DNA of 21,344 nt from Fidelibacterota bacterium (GCA_034723415.1 JAYEOX010000008.1:4334-25677); one strand, 5' to 3'; counted from the stretch's first letter, positions 9,701 to 16,669 are shown. Numbers and translations are program-made. Notes: generated by a model not told the origin, from the letters alone.

Positions 9701-9821
9701 TGACGAATGGTCTCATTCAATTGCCGGAACATTTAGGCAGATTTATACAGGAAATGGTCAGACATATTTATTGCATATAATTATGTATGTTGTTGTAATA
9801 TATTTCATAATGGGAGTGTAA
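6708..9821 (+). CDS. mbsH: Fused MBS subunits H-H' (two tandem MrpD/MrpA, NuoN/M/L-like proton-conducting modules)
   Basis: 1037 aa with two antiporter-like repeats: DLFNMFVFLE...KRLLGYSSIGQIG...GLPPFPGFWAK, and EFFLAWE...IKSG..GVHIWLPEAH...KRLLAYSSMSQVG...GVPPLSGFGAK. The C-terminal lateral-helix region ends YTGNGQTY. Confidence 0.9.
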   Translation: MVNPIYIIILSLAAGFLLSIFDKGGRKLSLTIFYSVLTFNVYVIADWFYRFAFLGVPTLNIQTAGFSAPLSINLQLGIQEAFVLLFANLAGLLAAIFLIKKFKTSHVSSLILYLILIMGANGLVMTRDLFNMFVFLEILSISTYALTILNKNQKSLSAGFKYMIAGGVASTFFLLGVIFVYYFSGNLNLEFISPNSFMDYGVIAVFLLAMGIFIELKPFPANGWALDVYESVNSGIASIIAVVNSAGIIFVFYKIMPLLPQNLLNIFGIAGVVTFLFSNLMGLKQKNAKRLLGYSSIGQIGLLISALVFTMNAPNKLMYLIVGGFFVNHLIAKAGLFWITGIVNKEKISDWGILKENKFLLILFGILLFALSGLPPFPGFWAKWEFVKLLVHGKMFFVVGSVLLASLFEIVYLFRWFTTAVKSESETKEKIPFQFAKYFSTTVFAGIMILVSLAIMQYFYKFHWIHFLPIVAVVGFYLLDFIPSKAKGILSLIIVGFYGYYIYPFESNLQLFFGIIFIVGSAINIIATLNRKKLSRGFYGFLLMMILSFGNLLISKTYLEFFLAWEFMTVSSFVLILRGKKAQKASLMYMIFSTAGAYLMMVGFSLLPNLISNSALIISIADIKLPMVAIILLAIGFMIKSGSLGVHIWLPEAHAEAESDVSPFISAILLKAGVFGLIMVGISYVNNTPSFNIFYWIGWIGVLTAIVGAFLASFQEDAKRLLAYSSMSQVGYVVASIAILSHLGWISALYLSFNHMMFKSLLFIAIAGVYYRTHTRTMYEMGGLIKKMPWTYISVLIGIIAVSGVPPLSGFGAKWLIYSSFIEHGWYLQAGVLFFASAVSFLYLYRIIHTIFLGQMKYEHQNIKEAPIWFIIPQYIFIIGIMAISMYPNLIIQPLNSIVSTYFNSSIIIDGYNITSNLGYWNGNMVMFVTMGVFVVPLIILLLLNGKTQTVKQFNIVYAAERPESPQTTHFAHNMFSHYFKALGSFTKPRIQNFWNSVDEWSHSIAGTFRQIYTGNGQTYLLHIIMYVVVIYFIMGV

Positions 9822-9822
9822 G

Positions 9823-10734
9823 ATGGATATTTTTATTAAAATAATTTATGCAATTATATCAGTTATTGTTGCAACAGTTTATGGATTAACACTGGGAGGA
9901 ATAGTCAGAAAAATTTATGCAAGGGTACATGGAAGATATGGCCCACCTGTTTGGCAACCATTTCTTGATATTATTAAAACATATGGAAAGCGAGTTTCCA
10001 TATCTCATGGAATAATGTATTATCTTGGACCTGTTTTTCGTTTTGCAGGTGGATTAGGAACCTATCTCTTTATTCCGGTGATTTATGGTTCAACCGTATT
10101 TGGAAATTTTTCCGTAGCGGGAGATTTACTTCTCGTTATGTATTTTATATTCTTTGGACAATTGGGAATGGCACTTGGAGCAGGCGAAGGTGGTCATCCA
10201 TATTCTCCACTTGGAATTGCTCGTGGTTTATCTCAGATGTCAACATTTGAGGTGCCTTTTTCACTCGCAGTAATTGCTGTTGCGATTCAATATAACACAT
10301 TGAATATTACTACTATCGTTTCAGCACAGCAGGGAAGTTTTCTAAACTGGACACTATTTACAAATCCTTTTGCGGTGATTGCTGCAATGATTTCGCTTTT
10401 GGGAATGAATATGCACTCACCATTTAGTATAGTAATGGCACCACAAGAAATACCAATTGGTCCACCAATAGAAATGAATAGTAGCTTTTTGGGAATATTA
10501 CAAACTAATAAAGGTTTATTTGCAGCTGCAAAATTAGTTCTTTTTATGAATCTATTTTTTGGTGGAGCAACTAATTTATTAATAATGATTGTTAAGACAT
10601 TTTTAATATATATGGTTTCAGTTTTTGTTGGAGCGGCATTTCCAAGATTTAGGCCGGAACAATCTTTTAGATTTTTCTTAAAGTGGCCAACTATTATTGG
10701 AATTATCTCAATAATTTTTATTGCATATTTTTAA
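9823..10734 (+). CDS. mbsM: MBS/MBX complex subunit M (respiratory complex I subunit 1, NuoH-like)
   Basis: RKIYARVHGRYGPPVWQPFLDIIK, PF...APQEI..GP..E and FPRFRPEQ. Confidence 0.92.
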   Translation: MDIFIKIIYAIISVIVATVYGLTLGGIVRKIYARVHGRYGPPVWQPFLDIIKTYGKRVSISHGIMYYLGPVFRFAGGLGTYLFIPVIYGSTVFGNFSVAGDLLLVMYFIFFGQLGMALGAGEGGHPYSPLGIARGLSQMSTFEVPFSLAVIAVAIQYNTLNITTIVSAQQGSFLNWTLFTNPFAVIAAMISLLGMNMHSPFSIVMAPQEIPIGPPIEMNSSFLGILQTNKGLFAAAKLVLFMNLFFGGATNLLIMIVKTFLIYMVSVFVGAAFPRFRPEQSFRFFLKWPTIIGIISIIFIAYF

Positions 10735-10743
10735 GGAGGGGTT

Positions 10744-11385
10744 TTGGAAAAAAAAGATATAAAAGAAATTGAAAAACAAATGAAATTGGCAAATAAAGGT
10801 TTGCCTGAAAAAGAGAGAGAACTCTTTAGTGATGCTCGACCTACTTCTGTATCTCCATTAAATAAGTATCTTGAGAAATTCTTAAACTGGGCAAGATCTC
10901 AGTCGTTATGGTTTATTGGTTTTGGAACAGGTTGTGGAGCTATTGAATTAAGACCGCTAACGACATCAAGATTTGATATTTTTCGATATGGAATTGCGGG
11001 GAAACCAACACCAAGACAATCATCTGTTTTTATTATTAGTGGCTATGCATCAATGAAAACTGTAAAGAGAATTGTGCGAAGTTATGAACAGATGCAAGGT
11101 CCGAAATTTGTAATTGCTTTGGGAAGTTGCACGATAAACGGTGGGATGTATTATGATAGTTATAATACTATTAATAGATTGGACTATTATATTCCTGTAG
11201 ATGTCTATATTGCAGGTTGTATGCCGAGACCGGAAGCAATAATAGCCGGATTTAACAAATTAAAAGAAAAAATTAAAGCCGGTGAATGTGATGGAATGAA
11301 TAAATATACTGACAATTTTGATTGGTACAAAAAGAATCAGAAAAAAATAATTAAAGATTGGAATATGCCTGATTATAATTGGTAA
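10744..11385 (+). CDS. mbsJ: MBS/MBX complex subunit J (NuoB-like [4Fe-4S] protein with three Cys ligands)
   Basis: NWARSQSLW..FGTGCGAIE, PRQS, ALGSCTINGG and PVDVYIAGCMPRPEA. TTG start after AAGGAGG. Confidence 0.92.
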   Translation: MEKKDIKEIEKQMKLANKGLPEKERELFSDARPTSVSPLNKYLEKFLNWARSQSLWFIGFGTGCGAIELRPLTTSRFDIFRYGIAGKPTPRQSSVFIISGYASMKTVKRIVRSYEQMQGPKFVIALGSCTINGGMYYDSYNTINRLDYYIPVDVYIAGCMPRPEAIIAGFNKLKEKIKAGECDGMNKYTDNFDWYKKNQKKIIKDWNMPDYNW

Positions 11386-11388
11386 GAG

Positions 11389-11424
11389 GTTTAGATGAAG
11401 GTTAAGATTGAGATTAAGGTTGAG
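11389..11424 (+). repeat. Degenerate hexamer tandem repeat (RTTRAG-like x6) in the J-K spacer
   Basis: gtttag atgaag gttaag attgag attaag gttgag. Confidence 0.75.
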
Positions 11425-11462
11425 GAATACAAATTCTAACTTTGCATAAAAAAGGAAAACTT

Positions 11463-12020
11463 ATGGAGCAAATATTAAATAGTATAAAAGAAAAAATTGA
11501 GATTAAATCTATAAAACAACGAGATGATCTTTATTTTATCAATGTGAAAGAAGAGCATATAATTTTTCTTCTTTCATATTTAAAAGAGCAGAAAGGATTT
11601 ACTCATTTAGCATTTTTGCAAGCAGTTGATTTTAATGAATATAACATGTTTCAATTAACTTATATGCTATATAATTATGATATGAAAGTTAATCTTGGAA
11701 TAAAAGTTATAATAGATAGAGAAAAATCAGAAATGACTTCAATTCATAAATTATGGAAACATGCTTGGCAATATCAACGAGAATTACATGAATTATTTGG
11801 AATAAATTTTCCGAATTCACCACATGTTGATGAGTCGTTTGTATTGGAAGGTTGGGAGGAGATACCACCGATGAGACGGGATTTTGATACATTGGAATAT
11901 TCAAATAAAACATTCTATCAACGACCGGGAAGATCGACGACTGATCCAAAAGAATATATGAAAGAGAAATTATATAAAAATTTTGTTGAACCTCCGAAAA
12001 TAAGGAAAGAAAATGATTAG
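11463..12020 (+). CDS. mbsK: MBS/MBX complex subunit K (NuoC-like)
   Basis: SIHKLWKHAWQYQRELHELFGINF and LEGWEEIPPMRRDFD. Start moved to the ATG at 11463, which follows AAAGGA. Confidence 0.9.
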   Translation: MEQILNSIKEKIEIKSIKQRDDLYFINVKEEHIIFLLSYLKEQKGFTHLAFLQAVDFNEYNMFQLTYMLYNYDMKVNLGIKVIIDREKSEMTSIHKLWKHAWQYQRELHELFGINFPNSPHVDESFVLEGWEEIPPMRRDFDTLEYSNKTFYQRPGRSTTDPKEYMKEKLYKNFVEPPKIRKEND

Positions 12021-12076
12021 AGATTTAAGATTTCTCGTCCGCCTGCAGCGGATAGGCAAAGTCGCAAAGTCGCAAA
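12021..12076 (+). repeat. GC-rich mini-hairpin followed by an octamer tandem repeat in the K-L spacer
   Basis: AGATTTAAGATTT, then TCCGC-CTGCA-GCGGA (12038-12052), then GCAAAGTC GCAAAGTC GCAAA (12056-12076). Confidence 0.75.
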
Positions 12077-12140
12077 AATATTAATATGTATTTTGTTAAC
12101 ATATCAGAATGCAATTATGGAATTGAAATATGGGGGAATA

Positions 12141-13340
12141 ATGATTAATATTTCAGAGAGTAAATACAAAAATTTTAAAGCAGATAGATCAAAATATCCT
12201 GAAATGAAAAATGGGAAACCAATTATAGATCTTGAATCTCATAAATTTACAAAAATTTGGCAAGGTCCTCAACATCCCGGAGTAACGGGAAATATGGCTA
12301 TTGAACTTACTATAAATGGTGACGAAATAGTTGATGCAAAAACTCATATGGGATATTTACATCGTGGTTTCGAAAAACTTCTTGAGAGAAGGAAATATAT
12401 ACAAGGATTTACAATTGTAAATAGAATTTGTGTTCCAGAACCGGATACAAATGAATATTGTTACTCGACAGCTGTGGAAGATTTGGCGGGAATAGAAATT
12501 CCTGAAAAGGCAAAATGGATTAGAACTCTTAATCTTGAAATGTCTCGTCTTGGTAGTTTTTTGTTGTGGATTGGTGGACAGGCGGGTTCACTTGGAATGG
12601 GAACTATTTCTCAATGGACTATTGGAATGAGGGATTTTTGGTTAGACCTTTTTGAAGAAATGACAGGTGGACGAGTTTACCATATGTATATGATTCCGGG
12701 TGGAGTTAGGAAAAATCTTCCAGCAGGATTTAAAGCAAAAGCAAAAGATTTAATTGTTGAAACTCGTGAATTATTATATGATGTTGAGAAAAGTTTTTTC
12801 AACAATGCAATAATAAAATCTCGATTAAAAGGACTTGGAATTATTACATCGGAAATGGTAGATGAATATGGAATTGTCGGACCGAATGCTCGCGGAAGTG
12901 GAAAAGAATATGATGTCAGAATTAATAATCCTTATGTGAAATATGCTGAATTAGATGTTAAAATGATTACCGGAACAGTTGGAGATGCTTATGCGAGAGC
13001 AGAAGTTCGATATAAGGAACTACATCAGAGTTTGGATTTAATTAGTCAAATATTGGATAAAATTCCTGAAAAAGGAGAAATTCAAGCGAAACTCCCTAAT
13101 GTATTACATTGGAAAATTCCTGCAGGCCAAACTTATGTCAAAGCAGAATCAACTCGTGGTGAACATGGATTTTATATGGTATCAGATGGAAGTAAATATC
13201 CAAGACGAGTATTCGCAAGAGGGGCAAGTTATACTCATGCAATTTCAGTTTTAGAAAAATTAGCAGTAAATATCAGTATTTCTGATCTGGCCGGACTGAT
13301 GGTTTCATTACATACATGTCCACCGGAAATAGAGAGGTAG
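12141..13340 (+). CDS. mbsL: MBS/MBX complex subunit L (NuoD / hydrogenase large subunit homolog without a NiFe site)
   Basis: GPQHPG, GYLHRGFEKL, RICVPEPD, ESTRGE and C-terminal CPPEIER. Each NiFe-motif position has only a single Cys. Start moved to the ATG at 12141, which follows GGGGGA. Confidence 0.92.
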   Translation: MINISESKYKNFKADRSKYPEMKNGKPIIDLESHKFTKIWQGPQHPGVTGNMAIELTINGDEIVDAKTHMGYLHRGFEKLLERRKYIQGFTIVNRICVPEPDTNEYCYSTAVEDLAGIEIPEKAKWIRTLNLEMSRLGSFLLWIGGQAGSLGMGTISQWTIGMRDFWLDLFEEMTGGRVYHMYMIPGGVRKNLPAGFKAKAKDLIVETRELLYDVEKSFFNNAIIKSRLKGLGIITSEMVDEYGIVGPNARGSGKEYDVRINNPYVKYAELDVKMITGTVGDAYARAEVRYKELHQSLDLISQILDKIPEKGEIQAKLPNVLHWKIPAGQTYVKAESTRGEHGFYMVSDGSKYPRRVFARGASYTHAISVLEKLAVNISISDLAGLMVSLHTCPPEIER

Positions 13341-13345
13341 TTAAA

Positions 13346-13392
13346 GAGGTTTAAGAGGGTTAGAAGGTTAGAGGGTTAGAAAATAGAAAATA
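13346..13392 (+). repeat. Degenerate octamer tandem repeat (GARGGTTA) in the L-N spacer
   Basis: gaggtttaa gagggtta gaaggtta gagggtta gaaaata gaaaata. Confidence 0.75.
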
Positions 13393-13446
13393 ATAATAAA
13401 CGAAAAAAATAAATTATGAAATATGAATTAGTAAAAGGAAATAGAT

Positions 13447-15240
13447 ATGATACTTAAAGATATATTATCTCCATTTAGTGTATGGAAAAGAGCAACTCAA
13501 AAGCCTTGGACAGTAAAAAATCCAATTACTGAAAGACCGGGAGCTGAGAATTATCGTGGATTCCATAAAAATGATTTTGAAAAGTGTATTGGTTGTGGAA
13601 GTTGTGAAGAAATTTGCCAAAATGCTGCCATCGATTTGGTTCCGGTTGAGGGGCAAGAAACAACTGATGGAGATAGTGGATTGCGACCGAGAATTGATTA
13701 TGGTCGTTGCTGCTGGTGTGGGCTTTGTGTTGATGTTTGTCCAAGCGGCTCACTTACAATGTCAAATGATTATACTTGGATATCAGATAATCCGGAAGAT
13801 TACAGATTTATTCCCGGAGCTGATAAAACGAAATGGCAAGATGAAGAAAAAGGCTATAAACGGTCAGAAAATATTCAATTGATCGATTATGATAGAGTAG
13901 AAATGTCGGAACTCGAGCCTGAAAATCGTGATAAATCATTTATTGAAATTGTGAAAGGTTATAACAAAGAACAGGCAATGAAAGAGGCAGATAGATGTCT
14001 TGGATGTGGGATTTGTACTGCAACTTGTCCGGCTCACATGGATATTCCCGGCTATATCGCTGCAATCCGAGAAGATAACATTGAAGAAGCTTTTAGAATT
14101 TTATATGAAACAAATCCTCTACCGGAAATTTGCGGTCGTATTTGTACTCACAATTGTGAAACAGCTTGTGCATTGCAGAACAATGGAGAACCTTTGGCTA
14201 TTAGGTGGCTAAAAAGATATATAGCAGATCAAATTCCACCGGAAAAATATAAAGAAGTTCTTGGGACTGAGCATCTTGCAGATCCGAATTTAAATAAAAA
14301 AGTTGCAATAATTGGAGCAGGTCCATCTGGTTTATCTGCTGCATATTATCTTGCGATTTTAGGATATGAAGTAAAGATTTTTGAAGTGTTGCCGGATTCT
14401 GGTGGTATGGCAAGATATGGAATTCCAGAATATCGTTTACCTTATGATCAGATTGATAAAGATATAGATTATATAAAATCTCTTGGTGTTAAAATTCAAT
14501 TTAATACAAAAATTGGTAAAGATATTTCCCTTGATAAATTACATAATGATTATGATGCAGTATTCGCTGGAACAGGATTACATCTTGGTAGAAGTACAAG
14601 AGTTCCAGGTTCAGATAATGAAAGAGTTTATTTTGCAACGGATATTTTACGAGAAGTAACACTTGGAAATGAAATTGATGTAGCAGAAAAAATCGTTATT
14701 ATTGGTGGTGGAAATGTTGCGATGGATATTACCAGAACTTTGGCGAGATTGCAAAATAAGAAATATGGGAAAGTGCAAATATTAACAACTTCGTTGGAAT
14801 CTGAGGATATTATGCCGGCAGATAGAGAGGAGGTTGTTGAAGCTCGTGAAGAAAAAGCAACTATTGATCCGGGCTGGGGACCAAAGGAAATTGAAATTGA
14901 AAATGGAAAAATCAAAGGTCTGCATGCTATTAAATGTACTTCTGTGTTTGATGAGGAAGGAAGATTTAATCCGAAATTCGATGAAAAACAAAAGAAATTT
15001 TTCGAAGGTGAAATGATAGTTGAATCAATTGGACAAGGAATGGACCTGTCTTATATTTCAGAAGATATTAAAAAAGGATTGAAATTCGGTCCTCGCGGAA
15101 GAATTCAAGTAAACGACAAATTCCAAACTGATTTGAAATGGTTATTTGTAGGTGGAGATATTATTCAAGGTCCTGATGTGATTACTGCAGTTGCAAACGG
15201 ACATATTGCTGCCAGAGCGATAGATAAATATTTAGAATAA
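13447..15240 (+). CDS. mbsN: MbsN (NuoI-like 2x[4Fe-4S]) fused to a GltD/NfnB/NsoC-like FAD-dependent NAD(P)H oxidoreductase
   Basis: YRGFH..CIGCGSCEEIC and CCWCGLCVDVCP, then EADRCLGCGICTATCPAHMDIP, CGRICTHNCETAC, FAD motif IIGAGPSG, YGIPEYRL, dinucleotide motif IIGGGNVAMD and GGDI..GP.VI.AVANG. Confidence 0.93.
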   Translation: MILKDILSPFSVWKRATQKPWTVKNPITERPGAENYRGFHKNDFEKCIGCGSCEEICQNAAIDLVPVEGQETTDGDSGLRPRIDYGRCCWCGLCVDVCPSGSLTMSNDYTWISDNPEDYRFIPGADKTKWQDEEKGYKRSENIQLIDYDRVEMSELEPENRDKSFIEIVKGYNKEQAMKEADRCLGCGICTATCPAHMDIPGYIAAIREDNIEEAFRILYETNPLPEICGRICTHNCETACALQNNGEPLAIRWLKRYIADQIPPEKYKEVLGTEHLADPNLNKKVAIIGAGPSGLSAAYYLAILGYEVKIFEVLPDSGGMARYGIPEYRLPYDQIDKDIDYIKSLGVKIQFNTKIGKDISLDKLHNDYDAVFAGTGLHLGRSTRVPGSDNERVYFATDILREVTLGNEIDVAEKIVIIGGGNVAMDITRTLARLQNKKYGKVQILTTSLESEDIMPADREEVVEAREEKATIDPGWGPKEIEIENGKIKGLHAIKCTSVFDEEGRFNPKFDEKQKKFFEGEMIVESIGQGMDLSYISEDIKKGLKFGPRGRIQVNDKFQTDLKWLFVGGDIIQGPDVITAVANGHIAARAIDKYLE

Positions 15241-15251
15241 AGGAGGAAATA

Positions 15252-15704
15252 ATGTATTACAATGTTAGAGAAATAATAGAATATGCAATAAAAATTGAAA
15301 AAGAAAGTTATGCTTTTTATAATAATGCAGAGAAAAAAGTAAATGATAATGAAGTAAAAAAATTATTGATATTACTCGCTAATGAAGAGATTAATCATCA
15401 AAACAACTTAAAGGTTTTAATTGATGAAAATAGAGTTACAAAAGATGAATTAAATAAAAAAATGGATTTGGATAACACACTATTAAAAAAAATAGTAGGA
15501 ACATCTGAAATTTCTTCTAATGCGGATTTGTTAGAAATTCTCACAATCGCATTAGAAAGAGAAAAAAATACTGAGAATATTTATGCAATGTTAAGTACTT
15601 TATCAAATATTGATGAAGATATTATTGACATTTTTAGCAATTTAAAATTACAAGAAAACAGTCATGTGAAAAAAATCCAATCTCGTATCAACAAATTGAA
15701 ATAA
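15252..15704 (+). CDS. Ferritin-like / rubrerythrin family di-iron protein
   Basis: AIKIEKESYAFY...LANEEINH and ALEREK...QENSH, i.e. paired E..ExxH helices. No rubredoxin domain. AAGGAGG RBS. Confidence 0.88.
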   Translation: MYYNVREIIEYAIKIEKESYAFYNNAEKKVNDNEVKKLLILLANEEINHQNNLKVLIDENRVTKDELNKKMDLDNTLLKKIVGTSEISSNADLLEILTIALEREKNTENIYAMLSTLSNIDEDIIDIFSNLKLQENSHVKKIQSRINKLK

Positions 15705-15729
15705 TAAAAAAACTCAAGGAGATGATAGT

Positions 15730-16182
15730 ATGAAATTAAGCAAATTATTAGAAAATAAAACAAATGAAATTATCAAAATTGATTCAAATAAATCAGTATT
15801 TGAAGCAATTCAATTACTAAATAAACATAAAATTGGTTCACTTCTTGTAATGAATGAGAATAAAAAATTAGAAGGTATTATAACAGAGCGAGATATTTTA
15901 TTTAAATGTTTGGAAAACGAAAGGGATAATTACAAAACGAAAATTGCAGAAGTTATGACTTCAAAAGAAAAATTAATTATTGGAACTGCTGATGATAAAC
16001 TTTCTTATGCAATGAGAGTGATGGTAAGTAAAAAAGTTCGCCATTTACCAATTGTTGATAACGAAAATGTAATTGGATTGCTTTCAATTGGCGATATATT
16101 GAAAGAAGTTTTAGATCAATCGGAAACAGAAGTGAAATTATTGAGAGAATATGTTAAGAATCCTTACGGAATAAATTTATAA
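15730..16182 (+). CDS. CBS domain pair protein
   Basis: HKIGSLLV..GIITERDI, EVMT and VRHLPIVD..VIGLLSIGDI. AAGGAG RBS. Confidence 0.93.
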   Translation: MKLSKLLENKTNEIIKIDSNKSVFEAIQLLNKHKIGSLLVMNENKKLEGIITERDILFKCLENERDNYKTKIAEVMTSKEKLIIGTADDKLSYAMRVMVSKKVRHLPIVDNENVIGLLSIGDILKEVLDQSETEVKLLREYVKNPYGINL

Positions 16183-16211
16183 TTGACAATGATAATAAAA
16201 TATTTTATATT
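16183..16211 (+). promoter_or_regulatory. Sigma70-type promoter for arsR
   Basis: TTGACA (16183-16188), 17 bp, TATATT (16206-16211). Confidence 0.65.
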
Positions 16212-16275
16212 TAGAACAATGAATTGTTGAAAAAGTAAGTTTTATTAGATTTTTAATTATAAATGATATAATTTT

Positions 16276-16539
16276 ATGAATAAAAAAGAAAATATCAGTA
16301 AAATACTAAAAGCATTATCTCATCCCGATAGATTGGATATCGTAATTAATTTGTATCATAATGAATGTAGTGTTTCGAAATGTCAAAAAAGAATGAAGCT
16401 TCCGCAATCTACCATTTCTCAGCATTTAAAGACGATTATGGAAGCCGGAATTACTGAAAGAAGAAGAGAAGGAACAACGGTATGCTATAAAGTAGTAAAT
16501 AAATTTGTAATTGAATTAATTAAAATTATTGAAAAATAA
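16276..16539 (+). CDS. ArsR/SmtB family transcriptional regulator
   Basis: LKALSHPDRLDIV, ECSVSKC, LPQSTISQHL and RREGTTVCY. Confidence 0.92.
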   Translation: MNKKENISKILKALSHPDRLDIVINLYHNECSVSKCQKRMKLPQSTISQHLKTIMEAGITERRREGTTVCYKVVNKFVIELIKIIEK

Positions 16540-16611
16540 AATTTTTTGGTCTTAAATATCGCAATATTCATATAGTTAAATATCTATATATTAGGAAAAA
16601 TAAATAAAAGC

Positions 16612-16669
16612 TTGACAAATCAATTTTTTATTTTTAAACTATAGGTAGAGATTGTGAACACAAACGCAA
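16612..16669 (+). promoter_or_regulatory. Sigma70-type promoter of the second rex operon with a downstream degenerate Rex box
   Basis: TTGACA (16612-16617), 17 bp, TAAACT (16635-16640). TTGTGAA-CACA-AACGCAA (16652-16669) matches the TTGTGAA-N4-TTCACAA consensus at 7/7 plus 4/7 positions. Confidence 0.65.

Noticed and set aside
12141..13340. Group 4 [NiFe]-hydrogenase (MBH/Ech) large subunit
   Set aside because: Both CxxC Ni-binding motifs are reduced to a single Cys, and there is no C-terminal cleavage extension or maturation gene in the window.
11386..13446. CRISPR array or telomere-like repeat in the intergenic repeats
   Set aside because: The units are 6-8 bp, degenerate, without spacers and only a few copies long. 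There are no cas genes.
9823..15240. Canonical NADH:quinone oxidoreductase (nuo) operon
   Set aside because: There is no NuoA/J/E/F/G, the gene order and Mrp-type small subunits match MBS, and the NuoB CC and NuoD RLDY motifs are absent.
13447..15240. Glutamate synthase small subunit (gltD)
   Set aside because: It has an N-terminal NuoI-like extension, occupies the mbsN position, and has no gltB nearby.
10744..15240. Selenocysteine recoding or frameshifts in the redox subunits
   Set aside because: All ORFs are full-length and uninterrupted, with no in-frame TGA at Cys positions.
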